Assembly (NCBI GenBank): GCA_030425295.1
Contig: JAUIAT010000005.1
Span: forward strand, 8,784 to 72,783
Direction: 5' to 3'
Origin: Gammaproteobacteria bacterium
Lineage (GTDB): Bacteria; Pseudomonadota; Gammaproteobacteria; JAUIAT01
DNA length: 64,000 bases
Shown here: piece after piece, positions 30,477-39,067 of the stretch
How positions within the stretch are numbered: the stretch's first letter is position 1
Layout: each line of letters begins with the position of its first letter
Notes under the pieces: generated by a model
Database searches by the model: none
Seen by the model: only the letters and a program-made list of their open reading frames with translations
What the model was told of the DNA's origin: nothing
Position numbers and translations under genes: made by a program

Positions 30477-31640
30477 ATGAAATACCAAATAGCAGTCGGA
30501 CTAACTGGCTTGATAATTGCAACCTCATCATTCGCTGGGGGAACATCAACTACAGGCACATCAACCAGCGGGCAAACGATGCAAGCTTTCACTGCTGTTG
30601 CGGATGACCCTTCAGCTGTGTATTACAATCCTGCGGCACTTGCATTCTTAAAAGGGACACAGATATACGGTGGAGCGTCAATTAACATCCCTATCCAAAC
30701 CTACAGAAGCACTTCGGCAAACACTACAAGATCAGTAGCGCCAAGCGTTGGTCCTAACCTATACTACACATCACACGCTAACAAACTTGCTTACGGTGTA
30801 GGTGTTTACTCACCTTTTGCTCGCAAAACGAAATATGACTCAAATGCGGCAACGGGCAATATGGCAATGAATGCCCATATAGTTAGAGTAGATTTAACGC
30901 CAACAGTTGCATATGCATTAACTAAAAATATTGCTTTTGGCTTTGGCCTAGTCGGAAGCTATACTGACACTCATCAGGACATGTTTGGCTTAGATGAACA
31001 AGCTAATGGATTCGGCTGGTCGGTTCAAGCAGCCACCATGGTAAAACTTACCGATAAAGTTAATTTTGGTGCAGTTTATCGCTCACGCCAATCTGATAAA
31101 TTAAGCGGAACTGGATCCAATGGCCAAACAACTGGCCACTATAAACTGCATATGCGATATCCTGACATAGTTAATTTAGGACTAGCCTGGCATGCGTCAT
31201 CTAAGCTTTTAGTATCAATTGGTTTTGATAGAGAATATTGGAAGGATGTCGGCAAACTGATAACTCGCAGATATAATAATCCTATTCTTGACCCACAAAT
31301 AACTACACTTGCATCACATAACTCAAATAACTATAGAGTTGGTGCTCGCTATACATTTGACCCTAAAAATCAAATTCGATTTGGTTATGGCTATTATGAA
31401 AGAGCAACTCCATTTAGAAATATCGTAGCTGCACAACCAGATTATAATTTTAATGCCTTAGCATTTGGTTATAGTCATACTTGGAATCAGTTTAGATTCG
31501 ATGTTGGATATGAGGCAAATATTTCTGGAGATACTGTAAGCCACAGCGCCAGCCCATTAACTGCAGGAAAATACAAACTAACCGCCCATATGATCCAGTT
31601 TGCAATCAAGTATGATTTTGCTAAGCAATGGATTAAATAA
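30477..31640 (+). CDS. outer-membrane transport protein, FadL/OmpP1/TodX family
   Basis: Signal peptide MKYQIAVGLTGLIIATSSFAGG and the N-terminal motif DDPSAVYYNPAALAFL. Beta-barrel-like alternating pattern. GGAG RBS before the ATG at 30477. Confidence 0.8.
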   Translation: MKYQIAVGLTGLIIATSSFAGGTSTTGTSTSGQTMQAFTAVADDPSAVYYNPAALAFLKGTQIYGGASINIPIQTYRSTSANTTRSVAPSVGPNLYYTSHANKLAYGVGVYSPFARKTKYDSNAATGNMAMNAHIVRVDLTPTVAYALTKNIAFGFGLVGSYTDTHQDMFGLDEQANGFGWSVQAATMVKLTDKVNFGAVYRSRQSDKLSGTGSNGQTTGHYKLHMRYPDIVNLGLAWHASSKLLVSIGFDREYWKDVGKLITRRYNNPILDPQITTLASHNSNNYRVGARYTFDPKNQIRFGYGYYERATPFRNIVAAQPDYNFNALAFGYSHTWNQFRFDVGYEANISGDTVSHSASPLTAGKYKLTAHMIQFAIKYDFAKQWIK

Positions 31641-31785
31641 CTAAAAATAAAGTTAGGCTGCTGAGGCTAAGGTAGTCAGTAGCCTACAAGGGAAAATCAG
31701 ACCAAACTAAACCATATCTAATTGGAATATAGTCATTATTATACTATGTTTGTAATATGCCCATTGATAGGGATACTGAGACGAT

Positions 31786-34128
31786 ATGGAAAGAAAAACT
31801 GAAACTATATACGAATGGATTATGCTGCTGGCCAATGAAATGGATCAACAAGGCATCCGTCCAACCATTTCTAAAATAAAAGCAAAAGTAGGCAGAGAAG
31901 TTTCACAAGCTCAAGTTGCCAAATACCTTAGAATTTGGAAAAAAGAAAAGGCTGAAATAGACAAGCCTGTTAAGTGGGTTAATTCACAAGAACTTCACGA
32001 TGATAAACAAACTGACGAAAGCGATTCCGAAGGTAATGTATCGGTAGCCGTAAAGAAACAAACCGCTCAATTGACGCAATCACTTGCCCTGGTTCGCGCG
32101 ACTCTAGAGGCCACAATCGATGGCATTCTCATAATAAGTAAAGAAGGTAAGCTAGTCGACTGGAATAAAAAACTTATTGAAATAATGCACGTCCCGGAAC
32201 AGGTACTTATGAGTCGTGATGAAGAAGGTGGAGTTGCAATGCTTTTAGAGCAGGTTGCCGACCCCCAATCACTTATGAACGATATCATGTACTGTATGCA
32301 GAACCCAGAAGCATCAGTTAACCTAGGTGAAATGCTTTGTAAAGATGGCAGGATAATTGAAAGATACTCACAACCTCACATTGTTGATGGCGAAATTGTC
32401 GGTAGAGTTTGGAGTTTTCGTGACATTACTGAACGCAAACAAACCGAGCTTGAACTTCTCCTCAAAAATCGAGCGATGGAGGCAAGCCCAAATGGCATAT
32501 TTATTTTAGATGCTATTAACAACAACCTGCCTATGCAATATGTAAACCCTGCATTTGAAAACATGACAGGGTATGCAAGCTCAGAAGTATTGGGTGAAAA
32601 ATGCATTTTCTTGCAAAATAAGTACGATAAGGACCCCCAAAGCCACAAACTTGAAGAGATAATTCATCAAAAAGAAACAAACAAAGTAGAAATGAAATGC
32701 TATAAGTTTGACGGCACCTCATACTGGGGAGAAATCCATATAGCACCAGTGCCAGACCCTAATGGTGACATTAGATATTTTGTAGGAATTGTTGTTGATA
32801 TTACTGATAGAGTTAAACTTAGAAAGCAACTTGAACATCAAGTCACACATGACTCATTAACAAGCCTTCCTAACCGGGCATTACTTTGGGACCGTTTACA
32901 TCAAGCAACACTCCATGCAAAAAGAAACAAGCGTATTGTTGCTGTTTTATTTATTGACCTAGATAGATTCAAACTGATAAATGATAGCCTAGGCCATTTA
33001 TTAGGGGATAAGCTCTTGGAAGAAGTTGCAAACCGCTTACTTGCAACAGCTCGAGAATATGACACTGTATCAAGGCTAGGTGGAGATGAATTTGTAATTG
33101 TTTTGGCTGGTATTGAGCAAGAAGAAGATGCTGTAAACTGTGCGATGAGAGTATTAGAAGAAGTGTCTAAACCATACCAGATTCAAGGCCACACATTAAA
33201 TACTACAGCTAGTATTGGCATATGCTTTTATCCAAAAGATGGTAAAACTGTTGAGACCTTGTTAAAACATGCTGACTTATCAATGTATCGAGCAAAAGAA
33301 AAGGGTCGTAACAACTTTAAATTCTATACAAGCGGATCCAACAAGGCAGTTAATAGACTATTAAAAATTGAAAATAATTTGCGGACAGCGCTACAAAATC
33401 ACGAGTTTAAACTTGTTTACCAACCAATTATTGAAATTAAAACAGGAAAAGTTATTGGTTGTGAGTCACTTATAAGATGGCACAACCCTGAACTAGGCCA
33501 AGTTAGACCAGATGAATTCATCCCCATCGCAGAAGAAAACCGTATCATCGGCAAAATTGGTGAATGGGTTCTAGCTAGGTCCTGTAAAACTATCACATCT
33601 CTAGAAGAAATTGGAATACAAAATTTCAATATGGCAGTTAATTTATCTGCTAGAGAATTCAAGCAGAAAGGCTTAATTGATTTAATCTCAAAAATATTGC
33701 GCAAATACAGTATTGACCCAAAACAAATTCATTTAGAAATTACTGAAAGAGTTGTAATGGAAGACATAGAGTACGTAATTGATATACTAAATAAATTAAA
33801 AGATCTTGGAGTTCACATAGAACTAGATGACTTTGGAACTGAGTATTCATCTTTAAGTTACTTAATAAGGCTACCGATTGACGCCATAAAAATTGATCTT
33901 TCATTTACCAGAGCATTGTATGCAAAAGCAGAAAACGAATCATTGGTTAAGTCAATAATAGCTCTTGGGAAAAGCCTAGGAATCAGGATAATTGCTGAAG
34001 GCATAGAAAATCAAAAACAATATAATTTCTACAAAGAAAATAAATGTGACTTTGGGCAAGGTTATTTAATGTCTAAACCTTTATCATATGATGAATTAAT
34101 TGAATTTTTGAAAGCACAACGAATCTAA
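31786..34128 (+). CDS. multidomain c-di-GMP protein: KfrA_N-like N-terminus, PAS, LOV-like PAS, GGDEF, EAL
   Basis: I-site REYD plus RLGGDEFVIVL. EAL domain (ESLIRW, LDDFGTEYSSL). Two PAS cores. Confidence 0.9.
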   Translation: MERKTETIYEWIMLLANEMDQQGIRPTISKIKAKVGREVSQAQVAKYLRIWKKEKAEIDKPVKWVNSQELHDDKQTDESDSEGNVSVAVKKQTAQLTQSLALVRATLEATIDGILIISKEGKLVDWNKKLIEIMHVPEQVLMSRDEEGGVAMLLEQVADPQSLMNDIMYCMQNPEASVNLGEMLCKDGRIIERYSQPHIVDGEIVGRVWSFRDITERKQTELELLLKNRAMEASPNGIFILDAINNNLPMQYVNPAFENMTGYASSEVLGEKCIFLQNKYDKDPQSHKLEEIIHQKETNKVEMKCYKFDGTSYWGEIHIAPVPDPNGDIRYFVGIVVDITDRVKLRKQLEHQVTHDSLTSLPNRALLWDRLHQATLHAKRNKRIVAVLFIDLDRFKLINDSLGHLLGDKLLEEVANRLLATAREYDTVSRLGGDEFVIVLAGIEQEEDAVNCAMRVLEEVSKPYQIQGHTLNTTASIGICFYPKDGKTVETLLKHADLSMYRAKEKGRNNFKFYTSGSNKAVNRLLKIENNLRTALQNHEFKLVYQPIIEIKTGKVIGCESLIRWHNPELGQVRPDEFIPIAEENRIIGKIGEWVLARSCKTITSLEEIGIQNFNMAVNLSAREFKQKGLIDLISKILRKYSIDPKQIHLEITERVVMEDIEYVIDILNKLKDLGVHIELDDFGTEYSSLSYLIRLPIDAIKIDLSFTRALYAKAENESLVKSIIALGKSLGIRIIAEGIENQKQYNFYKENKCDFGQGYLMSKPLSYDELIEFLKAQRI

Positions 34129-34203
34129 TTTTAAGGTCTTTTGGCAATTGATTTTACAACCCCTAGCTCCCTTATTTAAAAGACTCAAAATCACTTGCTC
34201 CCA

Positions 34204-34418
34204 ACCCGAGTTTCGAATTTTATTTGTAGAAAAGCAATTACTTATGGATAATGCATGCTAATATTTGGTTATCCCGCAACCACATTCTGTCAGCGAATTA
34301 GTTAACATCTACAATCCCGCAACCATAATCTGTCATCCCGCAACCACAATCTGTCATCCCGCGGCTTGACCGCGGGATCCATGAAGATAGATCTCACGAT
34401 TAAGTCGAGTAATGACAG
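34204..34418. repeat. composite palindromic/MITE-like element (copy B)
   Basis: ACCCGAGTTTCGAATTTTATTTGTAGAAAAGCAATTACTTATGGATAATG... matches the reverse complement of 16025-16093. It also has 21-nt tandem units ATCCCGCAACCAYAATCTGTC and a terminal palindrome GTCATCCCGCGGCTTGACCGCGGGATC. Confidence 0.85.
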
Positions 34419-34476
34419 TGTTTTCATCTCTTTACTACTGTTAAAGCATAGAAATTGATTATTTAAAACTCATAGC

Positions 34477-35910
34477 TCATGCACTCTCAAGACAAGCTTC
34501 AGCTTCAGGACTTAAAGCCCAAGAAGTAAGGACTTTATTAGGGTCATGCAATTTTTTCATAGCTTCTCTAAATTCAAATTCATCCCCATAATGATGCGAC
34601 CAATATTCATCTCGATCAAAATCTGCTAGCCATCCAGATAAATATCGCTTAGATCCAACAGCTAATAACATAGAGTTAATATACTTAAGCTTAGATAGAA
34701 TAGTCTCACTCATGTGCTCATCAACCCCCATTGGCAAGATAGCCAAAGCAAACAAATGATTCGTTGGCGGCCGCATAAACAACCTTGGCAATGACCTATC
34801 ATTAATAGGCTGGAATCGACAGCTTGCAACTTGCGGAGGTAATATATTCAATATCTCAGGCAAAACTTTACTCAGACTACTTGCCGAGATAAAGCAGTCA
34901 ATCCAGGGGTGAGGCCTATTCCAGTCACCAGTCTGATGCATTTGTTTAAATCTAATTTGATACCTTTCATAAAATTCAACAGTTTCAGTGTCAGAAATAT
35001 CAGAACATTGCCAAAAATTAATATAAGGTAAGAAATTTTCTCCTGTTGGAGGAGATTGAGGGGTGTCATACTCACAACCAAGATGTAAAGCATAAACCCA
35101 ATGAGCATATGGTTCACGCTTTCCTTTATTAAAACGGGTACCAGGGATACAAGGAATTGTAAAAGTTTCAATGTGATCACAAATACGATTACATTTGAGA
35201 TTCACTTCTGCATCAATGCAAGCATCTAAACTATCAAATAATAAAGTCCAAGATCTTGTATATTTTTTAAATCGCCTTAATCTCAAAGTAGCTTTTGTAG
35301 TTATCGATGAATAGCCAAGGTTAGATAATGATGAATGAAATAGTTTTTTATCCTTCTGCCAATTACACTTAACATGCTTACCATTTCCAGTAAGAACCTC
35401 GAGCGATTCAACAGTACTAACAACAGGACCATAAATGTGACTATTCGAAGCAATACCACCAACTGCTAAAACTCCGCCTAACGTGATGTCATCATTTGCC
35501 ATTGTAACCTCTGGTATGACACCATCTGACAAACAAGCTTTCTTGATTTCACCCCAATTAGCTCCAGTTTCACAGGTTATTGTCATGTTATTTAGGTCAG
35601 GCGCTTCAATATTATTCAAATTGGTTAAAATCACTGACAGTGATTTAAACCCAGCAATTGACTGGCCGCCTTCACTTAAACCTTTGCCTCTAGGAGTTAA
35701 AGCTAAATGATGCCTATTCGCATACTCAACTAGTAATTTTAATTGAGCAATGTTATGAGGTATTGCTACCCCAGAGCAATCACCCTTAACCAAGCGTCCA
35801 AAGTCATGATTCGCCTGATTCAAACTGTCTTCATCACGCATAAGCCTCAGACCTACAAACTTTTCACAGTCTTTCAGACATTGCTCAGACCAATCAGCTT
35901 TATTCGGCAT
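34477..35910 (-). CDS. FAD-linked oxidase, cytokinin dehydrogenase (CKX)-like
   Basis: FAD_binding_4-type N-terminus (TPRGKGLSEGGQS). The C-terminal RPHPWIDCFI resembles the plant CKX signature PHPWLNxF. Confidence 0.7.
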   Translation of the reverse strand: MPNKADWSEQCLKDCEKFVGLRLMRDEDSLNQANHDFGRLVKGDCSGVAIPHNIAQLKLLVEYANRHHLALTPRGKGLSEGGQSIAGFKSLSVILTNLNNIEAPDLNNMTITCETGANWGEIKKACLSDGVIPEVTMANDDITLGGVLAVGGIASNSHIYGPVVSTVESLEVLTGNGKHVKCNWQKDKKLFHSSLSNLGYSSITTKATLRLRRFKKYTRSWTLLFDSLDACIDAEVNLKCNRICDHIETFTIPCIPGTRFNKGKREPYAHWVYALHLGCEYDTPQSPPTGENFLPYINFWQCSDISDTETVEFYERYQIRFKQMHQTGDWNRPHPWIDCFISASSLSKVLPEILNILPPQVASCRFQPINDRSLPRLFMRPPTNHLFALAILPMGVDEHMSETILSKLKYINSMLLAVGSKRYLSGWLADFDRDEYWSHHYGDEFEFREAMKKLHDPNKVLTSWALSPEAEACLESA

Positions 35911-37039
35911 TTTCTGCCTTCCTTGTGCAAAAAGGTTTATGAGCTTTTTTTTCTGCTATATCTGTTTCAAACTCAACCCAACTTTCTTTAGGGGCCCCGT
36001 TTTCTCTGGAATAAAAAGCTTCTTTATCCTGACAATTTGTTTGGTGCCACCCTTTTGGATACCAGTAATCTGGGCCTTGCCAAGGAGACATACCCTGACA
36101 ACGGCTAGCCCAATTTGAAAAAGACCGGTCATTTGGTCTCGACCAGCACTCAGCTCTTATTTGCCATGGGGCTGGAGATTGACAATTATTCCGCTCCCAA
36201 TTTGCTCTTTCCCAAGCTTTACGAGCTTGCCATTCTTGTCGCATCTCATCTTCCCAGCTCATACCCCATTTATCACGGTTTTTCCAGCTTTCTTCAGATT
36301 CAGGCAACCAACTATACTTAGGCTGTTCGCTTTTCCAATCTCTCCAATTCTGCAATTTTCTTCTGTTACTAGTTTCCCAGGAAGGCTCATTATCAAACCA
36401 CTGTATAAGAATATTCCAGCAAGCTTCAAAGCAATGATATACTAAGCGACAAGCAGCGTTCCTTTGTTCTGGATGCAAATTAATTTCAAAAAGATCACGC
36501 TCCATCTCATTTTCAAATACCGCATGCGACTCTTCGACTTCCAAGTGGTTTTTATCAAAATATTTTAATTTACCTTCCCATCCTTGTCTGCTGACATATT
36601 CTGACACTTTCTTAAACAAAATATGGCCGGTCCCCTCAAGGGCTAGCAATAAAACTATTCTCAAAATTTCATCATCAATCCAAAGGGCTTCAGCCATAAT
36701 TCTATTGGCATTATCGCGTGTTACTTGGTGTTCTTCACTAAATAACCAGCGAATATCAAATGTTTTTTCTCCCCACAACTGCTCGAGATCAGAAAGATAC
36801 CAAAGGTCATGAGCTTTATCTTCAATGCAATGATGGCGCGCAATTTTGTGCAAATAGGGATCGCTAATGCTATTCGCATTAATTCTTAATACATCTTGGA
36901 AAGTAAATACCCAAAAAGCAACTTTAGGTATAAACATTTTAAACATTTCAAATGGTGGATTTTTTTCCAGCTGAAGAAAAAAAGGATGACTTTCAAATTC
37001 CTTTTGCTTTTTTTGAATATAAGATTTCACTTGCTTCAT
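35900..37039 (-). CDS. heme-oxygenase-like (di-iron/TenA-PqqC-CADD fold) protein with a Trp-rich C-terminal extension
   Basis: N-terminal ESHPFFLQLEKNP and candidate ligand motifs HHCIEDKAH, LALEGTGH and HLEVEESH. The last approximately 165 residues contain at least 17 Trp. Confidence 0.45.
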   Translation of the reverse strand: MKQVKSYIQKKQKEFESHPFFLQLEKNPPFEMFKMFIPKVAFWVFTFQDVLRINANSISDPYLHKIARHHCIEDKAHDLWYLSDLEQLWGEKTFDIRWLFSEEHQVTRDNANRIMAEALWIDDEILRIVLLLALEGTGHILFKKVSEYVSRQGWEGKLKYFDKNHLEVEESHAVFENEMERDLFEINLHPEQRNAACRLVYHCFEACWNILIQWFDNEPSWETSNRRKLQNWRDWKSEQPKYSWLPESEESWKNRDKWGMSWEDEMRQEWQARKAWERANWERNNCQSPAPWQIRAECWSRPNDRSFSNWASRCQGMSPWQGPDYWYPKGWHQTNCQDKEAFYSRENGAPKESWVEFETDIAEKKAHKPFCTRKAENAE

Positions 37040-37286
37040 TTTCTTACTCCTGTAAATTTTTTCTTAGCCAACGATAAATCGCACTTGATATTAAGGCATA
37101 AAAGTATTTGAAAAACAATGGGATAAGTTTTATACAAAATAGCAAAAATCCTCAAATGAGTTAAAATATAACACTCCCTTTTGACATTTGGTGTTGAAAA
37201 GTGGAAATATCTAGAATACCTTGAAAACATTAAACTGTATGACTAATTGTCAAAAGGGACTAATAACCGAGTAAGGAGACAACGTT

Positions 37287-38858
37287 ATGAGCAAAGATTT
37301 AGATTATCTAATTATTGGTGCGGGACCGGCAGGACTCCAGCTTGCATATTTTCTTCAACAAAATAACCATAGTTATGCTGTATTAGAAAAAGGCAACAAG
37401 GCTGGTGTATTTTTTGAGAAATTCCCTGTGCATAGAACTTTGATATCAATTAACAAAGTATTTACTGGGTATGATGATCCTAACTATAATCTTCGCTGGG
37501 ACTGGAACTCTTTAATAAGCGAAAATGATGATCTAAAATTCACAAAATACACAAAAAAATACTTCCCAGATGCGGACCTAATGGTAAAGTATTTAAATGA
37601 TTTTGCTAATAAATTAAATCTCAATATTAAATATAATTCAGATGTTGAAAAAATTTCACGCTATGGGGGTTTTGTTGTTCAAACCAAAGATGGCAAAACT
37701 TATAAAGCAAAACGCCTAATTATGGCAACAGGAGTTAGCAAACCCTATATTCCAAACATACCAGGCATTGAATGCACCGAACAATATGTAGACCTCAGTC
37801 TTGACACAAAAAAATACGAAAACAAAAAAGTATTAATTATCGGTAAAGCTAATTCCGCTTTTGAAACAGCTGATCACCTAATTGGATCCGCAAGCTTAAT
37901 ACATATGGCAAGCCCTAATCCTATTAAAATGGCCTGGCGCACTCATTTTGTTGGTCATGTAAGGGCTGTGAATAATAACTTCTTAGATACCTATCAACTA
38001 AAAGCACAAAACGCTATAGTTAATGCTGACATCGAAAAAATCGAGAAAAAAGGTGATCATTACAATGTAACAATTGCTTATACTTTAGCAAACAAAGAAG
38101 TCGAAGTTCTGCAATATGATCATATAATTTGTTGTGCCGGATTTAAATTTGATGCTTCTATCTTTGATGATACATGCAAACCTAAACTTGCTATTAAAAA
38201 TCGCTTCCCTAAACAAAACGAACATTACGAATCAGTAAATATTCCAGATTTATACTTTGCAGGAACCATTATGCAAATGCGTGATTTCAAGAAAAAGCAA
38301 TCTGGTTTTATTCATGGATTTCGATACAATGTGCAATTCTTGGCGCAATACCTTGAAAACAAATACTATAATACAAAATGGCCACATGAAGTCATCGCTA
38401 ATGATCCAAAATCGTTGACTGAAGCTTTAATTAAGCGAGCCAACAGTAGCTCATCTCTTTGGCAGCAAACTGGCTATTACTGTGACGCCATTGCTTTTGA
38501 CGAAAACTTGGGTAAGTTTAAATACTATAAATGCCTACCAAAAGACTATGCACTAAACGAAGCGTTTAAAAATACTAAACATGTATTTTTACTAACTTTA
38601 GAGTTTGGTTTAGAGCGTATCCATAGAGCAAAATATGTTTTCGCAATTGAAAGAATTCATAAATTTGACGCAGACAGAGCAGAAGAAAGCACGGGCATTC
38701 ACCCAATTGTTTATCATTACAAAGACAATAACCTTGAATCTACTCATCATTTAATTGAAGATTTTTATAGCGAATGGTTAGAGCCTGAACATATAGATCC
38801 ATTAGAAAAATATTTGGAAAATTGTTTAGATAAAATTAAAAAACCCCAAACTGCTTAG
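37287..38858 (+). CDS. two-dinucleotide-binding-domain flavoprotein (FMO / pyridine nucleotide-disulfide oxidoreductase-like)
   Basis: DYLIIGAGPAGLQLAYFL (FAD) and KKVLIIGKANSAFETADHL (second Rossmann motif). AAGGAG RBS. Confidence 0.65.
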   Translation: MSKDLDYLIIGAGPAGLQLAYFLQQNNHSYAVLEKGNKAGVFFEKFPVHRTLISINKVFTGYDDPNYNLRWDWNSLISENDDLKFTKYTKKYFPDADLMVKYLNDFANKLNLNIKYNSDVEKISRYGGFVVQTKDGKTYKAKRLIMATGVSKPYIPNIPGIECTEQYVDLSLDTKKYENKKVLIIGKANSAFETADHLIGSASLIHMASPNPIKMAWRTHFVGHVRAVNNNFLDTYQLKAQNAIVNADIEKIEKKGDHYNVTIAYTLANKEVEVLQYDHIICCAGFKFDASIFDDTCKPKLAIKNRFPKQNEHYESVNIPDLYFAGTIMQMRDFKKKQSGFIHGFRYNVQFLAQYLENKYYNTKWPHEVIANDPKSLTEALIKRANSSSSLWQQTGYYCDAIAFDENLGKFKYYKCLPKDYALNEAFKNTKHVFLLTLEFGLERIHRAKYVFAIERIHKFDADRAEESTGIHPIVYHYKDNNLESTHHLIEDFYSEWLEPEHIDPLEKYLENCLDKIKKPQTA

Positions 38859-39067
38859 AAATTGGTGACCATCTTTATAAGCAATATAGCGCTATCCACT
38901 TATTTCTAGACAAGGCGCAAACAAAGCAAGGTGAATGGTTATTAACTATGAAGATGGTCATCTTACAGAGTTTTACTTCAATCTCAATAATATAAATTTA
39001 AGGTTTTATTAAGATTCAAACTTTATAATCTAGAGATAATTAAATTACGTAAGCAGAGATTACTTTT

